A DNA stretch of 64,000 bases from Octopus vulgaris (Eukaryota): the NCBI GenBank assembly GCA_951406725.2, contig OX597818.1, positions 124,496,001 to 124,560,000 of the forward strand, written 5' to 3'. The notes under the pieces are model-generated. The model saw only the letters and a list, made by a program, of their open reading frames with translations. It searched no databases and was not told where the DNA came from. Made by a program: the position numbers and the translations under genes. This document shows positions 1-12,856 of the stretch, piece by piece; within the stretch, counting starts at the first letter, position 1, and every line of letters starts with the position of its first letter.

Positions 1-190
1 TGTTTATATTCCCCTCTGGACAGGACACCAGTCCATCACAGGTTTATTTATTTTTGCCAGCTGAGTGAACTGGAGCAATGTGAAACGAAATATTTTGTTC
101 AAAAACACTATGCATCACCCGGTCTGGGAACTGAACCCGCAATCTCACAATCATAAATGCAACACCCTAACCACTTAGCCACGTGCCTCC
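1..190 (-). mobile_element. tRNA-headed SINE (family D), degenerate, runs off window start
   Basis: Minus strand reads GGAGGCACGTGGCTAAGTGGTTAGGGTG (A-box-like) ... GGTTCAGTTCCCAGACCGGG (B-box-like). Body shared with the copy at 18170-18512 (CAGCTGAGTGAACTGGAGCAA). Confidence 0.7.
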
Positions 191-608
191 ACCTCTATGA
201 TATAAACAGCTGCCAAATCTCCCTCGTACCACATCCTGCTGTCTTGAAAAAGAAAAGGATACATTGGATAATGTGATCCTGCATATACTCTGTTTGACAA
301 ATGAAGACTAGAAAATTGACCTTTCACTGCCCAGAACCTTATCATCGTCATTATCATCATCATCATCATCATTTTCCACACTGCATGGGTTGGACAATTT
401 AACAGGAGCAGGCTAGCCAGAGACTGACATCAGGCTTTAATTTTCTGTTTTGGCCTTGTTTCTATGACTTGATGCCCTTCCTAATGCCAACCACTTTATA
501 AAGTGTACTGGGTGCTTTTTACATAACACCAACATAAGACAAACCATAGCTTAAAGCACATGGTGGCATAAATATAAGCCAACCACTTTTATACTTATTC
601 ATAGATGC

Positions 609-669
<61 letters not shown>

Positions 670-2512
670 TGTGTGTGTGTGTGGGTGTGTATGTGTACAT
701 ATAGTTTAGAAAATTAAAAGTTATGGCCAGTCTTAGCATGACCATTGGTTTGGCACCTATAAAGCGCTTAACAATAGAGGCAATTATACTGCTAAGCACT
801 TTGCAAGTGTGAAACCAATGGTAGCTCTATGACTATCCATAACTTTCAGCTTCCTAAAAAAATATATTTCTGCTCTAATGCTTTAGAGTATGCTTCTTTT
901 TCAGATATATGAACAATTGACGATATATATATATATATAGAGAGAGATATAGATATAGAATAATATATACATATATATATGTATGTTTATATATATATAT
1001 ATATATATTTATATGTATGTGTGTGTGTGTATATATATGCATATATGTGTGTGTGTGTATATATATATATATACGACGGGCTTCTTTCAGGTTCTGTCTA
1101 CCAATTCCACTCACAAGGCTTTGGTCGGCCCAAGGCTATAGTAGAAGACACTTGCCCAAGGTGCCACACAGTGGGACTGAACCCGGAACCATGTGGCTGG
1201 GAAGCAAGCTTATTACCACACAGCAACACATGCACATACACACACACATCCACCATAAATTAGTAACTGACCCATTATTTTTCAATCACACTTACCATAC
1301 TTCTGCTTCTGCCATCCCGCTTTTGTCCCAGTTACCTCCTGGCTCCAACTACCTGTGTTTACCACACTTATCAGACTCTACTACATCATTTCAAGACTTA
1401 CCCCAGCTCTACGCCAACAGCAGCACCATCTATTCTCATTTTACCAATTCTTACAAGGTGAAAGAAACCTCAAAGTCAAAGAGGAGAAGGTGGAGGCAGA
1501 AAAGAATGAAATTTTTTTTTTTTAAACTTTATGTAACATTATTAAAATACAGCAATTATAGAAGACCTGGTTTTATTAAGCAAACATGATTAGTGGTGAA
1601 GATGTAAGCAGATTAGTGGAGAGATCAATAAACAAGTATTATGGTAAATTATTTGATGTTAAATATTACTGAACTCATTATTATGTTCCAATCATTAAAA
1701 ACATTAATACTGTCTCTTTTTATTTATTTAATTTTGGTCTTTAGTAAAGTGGAGAGGCAGTACTCATGGCCATTTATAGAGCCTCAGAGACAGATAGGAT
1801 GGAGGGAGATTGTTATCATCAAATGGGAGATCTGGTTCAAAAGCTTGCAATAGAATGGACTTCACTGAAGAAATCCAAATTCTGCTAATCTAGGGACTAC
1901 GCCTATGAGTTTCATACTAGGAGTTGAGATAAATCTGACAATTGTCAGAAAAAGATAATGAGTAAATATGTGTGTGAGTGTGTGAAAATAGATATATACA
2001 TATTTATATATAGAATATGCAGGTGGCAGGAGCACTATTAAATTAGCAGTTTTGTCATTGACTTGTATGTAATTCTGATCTAAAACTAGTTTACATCTAA
2101 GAATTGCTAAATACCTCAGAATCTCTTGTCAGAGAGTTGTTAGCTATATGTAATTGTCACTAGACTGTCTGCCAGCAGCTTTAGCATTATTAAATTTAGT
2201 AAACTTATTAACAAGAGAATTTAGAATAGTTTGATAGTTACTAGCCTTTACAATTGTTGATTATCAGCTTTGACATTAGATTTCATAGACTATTTGTTTT
2301 AGAGATATTTATGAAGAAATCTATAGTAGAGGTTAAATTATGCCATTCCCTTTCAAGTAATTTTGGCCATGATTGTTTTGTAAGGGAACAAACTCCTGAC
2401 AAAAAAAAAAATTCATTTGCTAGCTCTGTTTTCAAAGAAAAAAGTGGAATGAAAGAGTCTACTGTAAAACATGTAGTGGGTAGTGATAGGAAGAGGATCC
2501 AGCTCTAAAACA

Positions 2513-2815
2513 ATCATCATCATCGTTTAACGTCCGTTTTCCGCGCTAGCACAGGTTGGATGGTTCGACCGGGGTCTGGGACGCCAAGGGATGCACCAGG
2601 CTCCAGTCTGATCTGGCAGTGTTTCTACAGCTGGACGCCCTTCCTAACGCCAACTACTCCGCGAGTGTAGTGGGTGCTTTTTACGTGCCACCGGCACAGG
2701 TGCCAGGGGAGTCTGGCATCGGCCACGATCGGTTGGTGCTTTTAACGTGCCACCGGCATGGAAGCCAGTCAAGGCAGCGCTGGCATCGGCCACGTTCGGA
2801 TGGTGCTTTTTATGT
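2513..2815 (-). mobile_element. 5'-truncated RTE LINE 3' UTR with internal tandem units and (GAT)n tail
   Basis: Matches the family motif GGCRTTAGGAAGGGCRTCCAGCTGTAGAAAC...CCAACCCRTGCTAGC...GGACGTTAAACGATGATG. Longer copies at 19745-20090 and 26851-27280 run into an RTE ORF end. Confidence 0.75.
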
Positions 2816-2887
2816 CTCAATATATATTCATCCGACCTACACTGAAATATAATAATGGATATAAATTAACAAATGGTGTTTGTGTAT

Positions 2888-2936
<49 letters not shown>

Positions 2937-3387
2937 ATGAGTGTTTTCATTTTATACGTACAATTATAATACATATTTATTTATTTTTCTCTTTCCACTC
3001 ACACACATACACACTCATGTCCACATTCACCCATAATAATACATTACCTTCGGTATAAGATATTTTGCGTTAGGGGTGGAATTTGTTTAGTGGTGGTGGT
3101 GGTGGTGGTGGTGGTGGCGGTGGCTGTGCTGCTGCTGCTGGTGTTGATGGTGGTGGTGTTGGTGATGATAAGGATGATGGTGATGCCAACAACAATGACA
3201 ACTATTCTTAGTCCATGATCCTTTTATTTCTTCTGAGCCTTCAAGACTAGTTGAATGAAGGAACAAAGTTATCCTAGGATAGTGTGGATAACTCTAACCT
3301 AAACCTTTGTTAAAAGACAGCTAAGGACCAGATGGTGATATTTAACTACATTATCCAACACACACAAATGTGTGTGTGTATATATAC

Positions 3388-3492
3388 GCCATGATAGATC
3401 GTTAGCCGCTACACATTTTTTTTCTCTCATTGTTTCTTTCTGTGTTCCTTTCTGTGGAAGAGCATAGACTCGAAACATTGAACTTTTTTCAA
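3388..3492 (+). mobile_element. Degenerate Penelope-like terminal-repeat fragment with decayed hammerhead-like motif
   Basis: Homologous to 45560-45680 (CCATG..GAT.CGTTAGC..CTAC...CTTTCTGT.GAAGAGC.TAG.CTCGAAAC). Starts right after a TG/TA microsatellite. Confidence 0.55.
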
Positions 3493-3676
3493 TTCATGTA
3501 GCCGAGATATGAGTAGTAAGTATTAAATTAAATTAAAATTCTTTTATATGGTGGGATGAAGGGAACTACTACCTAGATAAAAAAATATATATTTCCTCAT
3601 TGAGAATAATTTGAACCCCTGTGATTCTGGAATTTTTATTCCCTAAAAAATGAAATAAAATATATATATACTCTCT

Positions 3677-3884
3677 CTCTTTACTCTTTTACTTGTTTCA
3701 GTCAGTTGACTGCAGCCATGCTGGAGCACCGCCTTTAGTCGAGCAACTCGACCCCGGGACTTATTCTTTGTAAGCCCAGTACTTATTCTATCGGTCTCTT
3801 TTGCCGAACCGTTAAGTGACGGGGACATAAACACACCATCATCGGTTGTCAAGCAATGCTAGGGGGACAAACACAGACACACAA

Positions 3885-3916
<32 letters not shown>

Positions 3917-4087
3917 GTACATATATACGACGGGCTTCTTTCAGTTTCCGTCTACCAAATCCACTCACAAGGCTTTGGTCGGCCCGAGGCTATAGTAGAA
4001 GACACTTGCCCAAGGTGCCACGCAGTGGGACTGAACCCAGAACCATGTGGTTGGTAAGCAAGCTACTTACCACTCAGCCACTCCTGC

Positions 4088-4090
<3 letters not shown>
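3677..4090 (-). mobile_element. tRNA-derived CORE-type SINE (family A), full length
   Basis: Head with A box TGGCTGAGTGG and B box GGTTCAGTCCC, CORE-like GGCACCTTGGGCAAGTG, internal TA/CA microsatellite, and tail ...CAGTCAACTGACTGAAACAAGTAAAAGAG. About 20 full or partial copies in the window; probably one of the described octopus OR/OK SINEs. Confidence 0.85.
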
Positions 4091-4129
<39 letters not shown>

Positions 4130-4239
4130 GACTAACACTAAGAAGGGGAGATTATCTCAAGAATCAAGAATACTCTAATATTGACATGCCATTGAAGAAA
4201 AGACATTTTGATTTATCTCATTAGAGAACAGCAGCTTCA

Positions 4240-4790
4240 GGGGCTTAAACTGATGGACCAAGTTATGTAAGTAATAGACTTAACTATGGCAAAATTAGTT
4301 AGAGAGAAAATTAATTCAGATACGATGTAGTTTAAATTGGTGCCAAAACATGGTACTGCAGATGTTTTCTCCCTAGTGGGACAACTACAGGAGAAGTTCT
4401 TAGCAAAGACCCAGCCATTAGACCTAACATTTGTTGAGCTGGAGAAAGTCTTTAACAGGGAACCATATTCCATAGTCTGGTAGTCACTATGAAATGGTTT
4501 GAGAACCATGCAATCTATGTACAGAGATGTCAGTAGTTAGCAATGTGTTCAATGAAGAATTTAACAGAGGCAGATGTCCGTTAAATCTCTATTCTCAGGT
4601 CCATCCTGTTTATTACAGTTCTTCAGGCTATAGTAAATGGATACTAGCTCTCCGCTACAAATATGACTTAGTTCTCATGACTGCATCTGCTGCAGAATTA
4701 GAAGAGAAATTCCAAATATGAAAGCAAAATCTAGAATTGAGAAGAATAAAAGTTAACCAAGAAAAACAAATGGTTTGGTTAATAAGAAAG
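4240..4790 (+). mobile_element. Highly degenerate RTE-clade reverse transcriptase fragment
   Basis: Translatable patches such as GTADVFSLVGQLQEKFLAKTQPLDLTFVELEKVFNR resemble the RTE RT motif 'STxDxIFxxRQLQEK...FVDLEKAFDR'. Many stops and frameshifts. Confidence 0.55.
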
Positions 4791-4844
4791 ATATGACTCT
4801 ACAGCCATTTGAAAAGTAGCCAATATGCAGAAAATAAGTAGGAA

Positions 4845-6310
4845 TTCTAGTTTTGTACCTAATTCGTCTTTCATCTCTTTTATACTGCTCTTGCAAAATG
4901 GCCTGAAATTGTGCGACTCTAGGCTGGCTCTTGCTTCTTGCATCGCTCCGACTATATCTGCGTGCCTTAGTTTTCCAATCACTCTGTTTACTGCCTCTTC
5001 TGCCTTCCATTTCCTCCCTGTTCGTACCTTTGGGGGGTTTTCCCGGATGCTCTGATCTTTTGAATACCTTAGCATCATTACTGTCCTTGCCTTTCCTGCC
5101 TTATATTGTTCAGTGATTGATGTTATTGGTAGTTGCAGCACGGGTTTTCCATATAATGCAGTTGTAGTCAGTGGTTTCGGCAGACCAAGCCATTTTCTGA
5201 TAAACACACTGCATCTTTGTTCCATCATTTCTACTCTACTCAAAGCTATTTCGTACATTTGCAATGGCCACATTATCCTTGGGTACAGCCCAAATTGCAG
5301 TCTCCAACATTTGAATTTTCCCGGCAGCGTTGTTCCGTCAATTGCCTTTAATCCTTGTTCTACTAACTCGTGTGTTTCTTTCCCTTGTTTCTTATCATTT
5401 AATAAACCTCTATACCATCTGCCAAGACTCTTTACTAGTTGTTCTTTCACCGTTGGTATGTCTTCACCTCCTATCCTGAATTTCACTTCTTCTTGCACTC
5501 CTTTCATGAAAGCCATGCTTCGAGATTTTTTGGCTTTGAATTTCATCCTTGCCCATCCTATCAGTTCATCCAACCGCTCAAACATTTCCTCTGCTGCTTC
5601 TCTACTTTCTGATAATACAGTAACGTCATCCATAAAAGCCCTTAATGGTGTCTTTGTAACAGCTTTCTCACAGTTTGTAGATCTAAGTAACATTTCCATG
5701 ACTAGCACAAATAAGATTACTGATATCGTGCATCCGGCTGCAATACCTATTTCAAGCCATTGTCACTCCATTGTGAACTTACCTGCTGCAAATCTCATCC
5801 TCAGGTTGTCGTAGTAGAACATGAACATTCGTTGAACATCTTTTGGAATCCAAAAGAAGTCCATTGCTGTTTTTATTAGTGCGTGCAGAACAGATCCATA
5901 AGCATTGGCAAGATCTAACCAAACAATATACAGGTTTTTCTTCAGTTGTTTTGCACAGGTGATGGCTTCCCAAATGGCAAATGCATGTTCTATGCACCCA
6001 GGGATTCTGGGGATTCCTGCTTTTTGAATCGCTTCATTAACGTACCCGTTATGCTGTGCGAATCTTATGATTCGTCTAGCAATAATTCCAAACATGATTT
6101 TTCCATCAATATTTAATAATGAAATTGGTCTAAATTGTCCTAGTGTTTTTTATCTTTCTCTTTAGGTAGATAGATACCTTCAGTTATACACCATCGCTCC
6201 GCTACATCTTTCTTCTTCCACATTTCTCTTATCAGTGCAAACAGCTGCAAACGTAATTTCAGGCAATATTTAAACACCTTGTAGCTCACTCCATCGTTCC
6301 CTGGTGAATC
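4845..6310 (-). mobile_element. Hero-clade (R2 group) non-LTR retrotransposon, RT/thumb fragment, disrupted
   Basis: ORFs 5763-6095 and 4779-5708 give QKAGIPRIPGCIEH, WLDLANAYGSV, FMDD, WARMKFKAKKSRS, LPGKFKCW, RKWLGLP and VRTGRKWKAEEAV, motifs I recognise from Hero elements. An in-frame TGA at ~5763 separates the two ORFs; both ends are truncated. Confidence 0.8.
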
Positions 6311-6314
6311 AAAC

Positions 6315-6832
6315 CAGTACCTTTTTTTAAGCCTGGTACTTATTCTACTGATCTCTTTTGCTTAGCTGCTAAAGGGATGCAAACACACCAACATCAGTTG
6401 TCAAGCAGTGTTGGGGGACAAATACTTATTTCATTACTACCCACAAGGGGCTAAACACAGAGAGGACAAGCAAGGACAGGCAAACAGATTAAGTCGATTA
6501 TATCGACCCCAGTGCATATCTGGTACTTATTTAATCGACCCCGAAAGGATGAAAGGCAAAGTCGACCTCGGCGGAATTTGATCTCAGAACGTAGATGAAA
6601 TACCGCAAAGCATTTCGCCCGGCGTGCTAACGATTCTGCCAGCTCGCCGCCTGACACAAAGATACACATACAATGGGCTTCTTTCAGTTCCATCTACCAA
6701 ATCCACTCACAAGGCTTTGGTTAGCTCGAGGCTATAGTAGAAGACACTCGCTCAAGGTACCACACAGTGGGACCGAACCTGGAACCATGTGGTTGTTAAG
6801 CAAGCTACTTACCACACAGCCACTCCTGCACC
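6315..6832 (-). mobile_element. SINE family A interrupted by a full SINE family B copy (6425-6652)
   Basis: Family A 3' half (6315-6422) and 5' half (6653-6832) flank a family B copy (GGCGGCGAGCTGGCAGAATCG...GCCTTTCATCCTTTCGGGGTCG...GCCCCTTGTGGGTAGTAATGAAATA). Confidence 0.8.
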
Positions 6833-6866
6833 TATATATATATATATATATATATATATGCAGCTG

Positions 6867-6913
<47 letters not shown>

Positions 6914-7750
6914 AGCAAGCTTCTTACCACACAGCCATACCTAATTATAAAATCTTTTTTTACTACAGGCAAAAGGGCTGAAATTTTGGGGAAAGGGGCT
7001 AGTTGACTACACCAGCCCCAGTGTTTAACTGGTACTTATTTCATTGATCCCAAAAGGAGAAAATACACAGTTAACCTTGGTGGATTTTGAACTCTAATGC
7101 TGTTAAACACTGACTTTAAATAGATATCGATAGGTATACAAAGTGAGATGACAGAAGATGAGTATTTGAATGAAATCATCATCATCATCATCATCATCGT
7201 TTAACGTCCGTTTTCCATGCTAGCATGGGTTGGACGGTTCAACTGGGGTCTGGCAAGCCCGAAGGCTGCACCAAGCCAGTCAGATCTGGCAGTGTTTCTA
7301 CAGCTGGATGCCCTTCCTAACGCCAACCACTCCGAGAGTGTAGTGGGTGATTTTATGTGCCACCGACACAGGTGCCAGACAAGGCTGGCAATATATGAAC
7401 AAAATGTGATCAGCTATGGGAAAGACTGGAATAAGAACAGAATAAGCAAAAAAAAAAAAACTGAACAAATTCAATGAAATTTATGAAATCTATAGAAAAT
7501 GCTGAAGATAAAGATTTAGAAGCTCAATAAAAATGTATACATTGATTAATACTGAGAGAAGAAAGAAGAGATTAGAATAATTAATTATACTAGAAGAGTT
7601 GGATTAGATAAATAGTTAATTAGTCTGATATAAATGGGTGATTTAACTAGGGTAAAGGAATACACAGAACAACTGTGTGGTTTGAGTGAGATAGAAAATG
7701 CATTACTGGAAGAAAAGTAGTTTGAAAACTGTAATCATCTACATGCATAG

Positions 7751-8618
7751 ATCATCATCATCATCAACATCATCAACATTTAACATCTGTTTTCCATGCT
7801 GGCATGGGTTGGACGGTTTGACTGAGGTCTGGAGAGCCAACAGCTGCACCAGGCTCCAATCTTGATCTGGTAGAGTTTCTACAGCTGGATGCCCCTTCCT
7901 AATGCCAACCTGTCCAAGAGTGTAGTGGGCACTTTTTACGTCCCACCAGCACAAAAGCCAATTAGCGGGTTACTGGCATCAGCCATGATCGGTTGGTGCT
8001 CTTTACATTTCACCGGCACAGAAGCCTGTCAGGCAGACCTGGCATCGACCACATTTGGATGGTGTTTTCTATGTGCCCCTCACTGGCTCCGGCATGGGAG
8101 CCAGTGAAATTGTAGATGTGGCCATTGCTGATGTCATGTAAATGGCACCCATGCCAGCGGCACATAAAAAGCATCCATTACACTCTCAGAGTGGTTGGCA
8201 TTGGGAAGGGCATCCAGCCACAGAAACCATGCCAAATTAGACCGGTACCTGGTGCAGCCTTTCAGCATACCAGTCCAATCAAACTATCTAAATGATGGTG
8301 TGTACATACATCCATAATACATACATATATATATATATATATATATTGTGGCTTCCGTGCCGGTGGCACATTAAAAGCACCAACCGATAGTGGCCAATGC
8401 CAGACTCCCCTGGCACCTGTGCCGGTGGCACGTAAAAAGCACCCACTACATTCGCGGAGTGGTTGGCGTTAGGAAGGGCATCCAGCTGTAGAAACACTGC
8501 CAGATCAGACTAGAGCCTGGTGCAGCCCCTGGCTTCCCAGATCCCCGGTCGAACCATCCAACCCGTGCTAGCATGGAAAACGGACATTAAATGATGATGA
8601 TGATGATGGTGATGATGA
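7751..8618. mobile_element. Cluster of three RTE 3' UTR copies in opposite orientations (7751-8105 -, 8108-8290 +, 8350-8618 +)
   Basis: Same family motifs as 2513-2815. (CAT)n and (GAT)n tails sit at the outer ends. Confidence 0.75.
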
Positions 8619-8789
8619 TATATATACATATACATACATACATATATTATCGACCACACATACTCAATGTATGTGTTTTGCTTGTTTGCTTTAGGCCAAC
8701 CAAAACCTTGTGAGTGGATTTGGTAGATGAAAAGATGCCAGGTCAAAAGAAAGGACACCATACTTCTATGATGGATAAACTCTGGGAAA

Positions 8790-9550
8790 TGGTCCAGCTA
8801 CCAAACTTGTCATTTCAGTGCTTGACCTTGTCGACAGCGATTTGCATTGGACAAAACACATCGCTAAAATTGCCAAGAAGGCTGAGGGTGTCTTGGCATC
8901 ACTCACCAAGTCCTTTGTAAGCCGCTCTCCGGCTATCTATCTGCAGCTTTATATAGCTATGGTAGGACCTCACCTGGAATTTGCATCACCGGTCTGGAAC
9001 CCCTATCTTGCCCAGGATATTTATCATCTGGAAGCCGTTCAGCGACGTGCAACCCTCCATCAGGCATTTGCCATATTCTGAACGTCTTACTTCCCTGGGC
9101 ATGGACACATTGAAACTCCAACGTCTGGCAGCTGACTTGGCAGACACCCATAAAATTATTAACCATCTTACAAACAATAACTCTGAGCACCTTTTCAAAC
9201 TCCACCTGTCTAACACCTGTGGACATGTTTACAAAGTCAGAAAACAGCACAGCTCCCATGACTTTTGGAAACATTTTTTCACGCTAAGAGTTGCTGAAGC
9301 ATGGAATAAACTGCCAGCATCAGTTATTAGTTGTTGGAGCACTGCATCCTTCAAAACTTCCATGCTTCCTGAGATTCGCCAACACTACACCTGATTTTCT
9401 CCCCTCCATACACACGCAAGCATGTATCTGACTCATACACTGTTTGCTTTCCAGACATTTGTACATTATTGCATATGCTTTATATGTACTTTTGACAAGT
9501 TGTGGTGCACCTGAGCACTGTATACAATAATTTCATTATTATTATTATCA
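8790..9550 (+). mobile_element. CR1-clade LINE 3' end, 5'-truncated
   Basis: Frameshifted ORFs 8818-9081 and 8981-9394 give LYIAMVGPHLEFASPVWNPY...LEAVQRRAT, YSERL..L...L..QR...DL and FFTLRVAEAWNKLP, typical of the CR1 ORF2 C-terminus. Followed by a 3' UTR and (ATT)n tail. Confidence 0.85.
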
Positions 9551-10010
9551 TAAAACTGAAAGAAGCTTGTTGTATACACATATATACACACACGCACACA
9601 TATATACTCTTTTACTCTTTTACTTGTTTCAGTCATTTGACTGGCCATGCTGGAGCACCGCCTTTAGTTGAGCAAATCGACCCCAGGACTTATTCTCTGT
9701 AAGCCTAGTACTTATTCTATCGGTCTCTTTTGCCAAACTGCTAAGTTACGGGGATGTGTATGTATATATCTATGTGTACGTTTATATTTGTGTCTGTGTT
9801 TGTCCTTCACCATCACTTGACAACCATTGTTGGAGTGTTTACGCACCCCTAACTTAGCAGTTTGGTAATAAGAGACCAATAGAATAAGTACCTAGAATAA
9901 GCTTAAAATAAGATAATGATCGGGGATGAGGGTTGTTCAGCTAAAGTTCTTCGAGGTGGTTTCCCAATCTGGACATAATCTGATGGCTGAAACTAGTAAA
10001 AGATAAAAGA

Positions 10011-10055
10011 TATATATATGTGTGTGTATGTGTGTATGTATATATATATATATAT

Positions 10056-10144
<89 letters not shown>

Positions 10145-10169
10145 TTATATATATATAATGTATACTATA

Positions 10170-10232
<63 letters not shown>
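10011..10232. repeat. Long (TA)n/(GA)n microsatellite
   Basis: Direct inspection. Similar TA tracts at 12772-12843, 25481-25569, 45769-46052 and 49948-50049. Confidence 0.95.
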
Positions 10233-10235
<3 letters not shown>

Positions 10236-10892
10236 ATGTATACTACATATATAGGCGCAGGAGTAGCTGTGTGGTAAGTAGCTTGCTTACCCACCACATG
10301 GGTCCAGATATATATATATGCTTGGCTCATATTATAAAACATTTGCGTAAGGTGTGTTGCAGTAGGCCTAGAATTGAAACCATATTGTTGGAAAATGAAC
10401 ATCTTAATCACGCAGCTATACCTGTTGCCTGCAATATGTATAAAAGATATATGCATATATGCAAAAACATACACTTACACACACATGGAAAGAGAGAGAG
10501 AGAGAGAGACTGAAAGAGATTAGGCCCTATCAGATATTTAGGTAACAGATGAAGATGGTTGAATAAGTAAGGTTAGATTATTGGATTCAGTGGAAATGGA
10601 TTTATTTGAGATCTAAAAGCTGGAAAAAAGATGCCAAGTTCGGTAGGCAAAAGTGTTGGATTTGCTTCATCTTAGCATGCTCTCTATTGATCCTGTGTAT
10701 GCTTTGTTCAAAAAGAAAGATTAATTTTAGCTTAGACATCCAATAATCCAGGCTGCAGGATTAATGTTGAGAAGAAAGAAAAGTCCGTTAGCTGTATGTT
10801 GGACATAAGTTCTTCTAATCAATACTCATCATTAATATCATTACTATTATCATTACTCCCCCTCATCTTGTTGTTGTTGCTTATTATTATTA

Positions 10893-10956
<64 letters not shown>

Positions 10957-11389
10957 GGCAGTAAGCTAGCAGAATTGTTATAGCATTGGAGAAAATGCCT
11001 TGCAATAAATATTCTCAGACTTTACATTCTGGAATAAAATCTTTGAGTGTAGATAGGTACCAGACGAGCATAGGGCTTGATTTAATAAACTTTTCTGCTC
11101 CAAAATTGCTGGCACTGTACCTAATTCTGAAACAATTAAAGGTAGCAAGTTGGTGAAATTGTAAAGGCATCAGGGAAAAATTGCCTTGTAGTATTTGTTC
11201 TAGCATTTTATGCTCTGAATTCACAACTTACTGAGGTCGACTTTGCCTCTCGTTCTTGTGGGATCAATGAAATAATACTCAAGTATTGGGGTTGATTCAA
11301 GATAACTAACCTTCTCACTCCAGAATTTCTGCCCTTTTCTAAATCAAAGATCATTATCATTATTATTATTGCCATTTATTAATAATATT

Positions 11390-11886
11390 CTTTTTTCTGC
11401 TCTCAGCACAAGACCTGAAATTTTGGCGGAGAGGGCCAGTCGATTAGATCGGTTCCAGTACACAACTGGTACTTAATTTATCGACCCTGAAAGGATGAAA
11501 GGCAAAGTCACCTCAGCAGAATTTGAACTCAGAACGTAAAGACAGACAAAATACTGCTAAGCATTTTGCCCAGCATGCTAGTGCTTCTGCCAGCTCACTA
11601 CCTTAATTTATTAATAATATTGTGAGGCATAGGCATGGCTGTGTGGTAAGAAGGCAGCAAGCTGGCAGAGTTATTAGCACACCAGGCAAAATGCATAGTG
11701 ATATTTCATCTGCCATTACATTCTGAGTTCAAATTCTGCCAAGGTCGATTTTTGCCTTTCATCCTTTCAGGGTCGATAAATTAAGTGCCAGTTACACACT
11801 GGGGTTGATGTAATCAACTTAATCCCTTTGTCTGTCCTTGTTTGTCCCCTCTGTGTGTAGCCCCTTGTGGGCAGGAAAGAAATAAG
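11390..11886. mobile_element. Two SINE family B copies, head to head (11390-11603 -, 11652-11886 +)
   Basis: tRNA-like head AGCTGGCAGA...GAGTTCAAATTC and central GCCTTTCATCCTTTC(A/G)GGGTCGATAAA. Confidence 0.8.
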
Positions 11887-12103
11887 AAGGCTGCATACTA
11901 CAGAGCACCTTGGGCAAGTCTCTTCTACTACAGGCCAGAGCCTATGTGGTCTCGTGTTCAGCCTTACTGCATGGTACATGGAGCAAGTCTTTAACTGTCA
12001 CTCCAGGTTGGCCAAAAGCCCTGTGAATGGATTTGGTACATGGAAAGTGAAAGAAGAGCTCATTGTGTGTGTGTGTGTGTGTGCATGTTTTAGTAGTTAG
12101 GGG

Positions 12104-12303
12104 TGTGGTCTTCAACCAGGGTTCCGCCAGTACAGTCCAGGGGTTCCGCAAGAAGTTACAAAACTGCTAAAATCGGCAGTAATTTTTAATTCTCCTGTGC
12201 AGATATGTGTGCATAAAACTATTAAATTATTGCACAGGGGTTCCTCGAGCCAGTGGAATGTTTCCTTGGGGTTCAACTCCAGCAAAAAGTTTGAAAAGCA
12301 CTG
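12104..12303. mobile_element. hAT-type MITE, second copy of the 32261-32480 family in opposite orientation, left end damaged
   Basis: Reverse complement aligns with 32261-32480; right TIR TTGAAAAGCACTG. Confidence 0.75.
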
Positions 12304-12769
12304 GTATAGATGCTGGAATCAGTTTTGTACTGAGTGGTGCGTTGTGTTCTTGAGCAAAATACTTTATCTCATGTTGCCCTGTGATCACTTCGACACCTGA
12401 CATGTGGTACGCAGTGCACTTGTACAGACTATATTGATTTGATGGAGGGAGTGAGCTGTGTGGCACAAACATTTCATCACTGTAAACAAATCATTTCTGC
12501 AAGTCGTTTGACAAGCAAGCTGGCAGAATCGTTAGCGCGCCAGGTGAATTGCTTAGCAGTATTTCATCTGCCGTTACGTTCTGAGTTCAAATTCCGCCGA
12601 GGTCGACTTTGCCTTTCATCCTTTCGGGGTCAATAAATTTAGTACCAGTTCTATCTGTTAAATCCAAGGCTATAGCAGAAGACACTTGCCCAAGGTGCCA
12701 CACAGTGGGACTGAACCAAGAACCATGTGGTTGGGAAGCAAGCTTCTTACCACACAGCTACTCCTGCAC

Positions 12770-12856
<87 letters not shown>

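Noticed and set aside
1017-1589. 190-aa ORF and the recurring peptide [31 protein letters not shown] in many ORFs
   Set aside because: Antisense translation of SINE family A joined to microsatellites, not a protein family.
5113-5814. 233-aa plus-strand ORF
   Set aside because: Antisense shadow of the Hero RT ORF.
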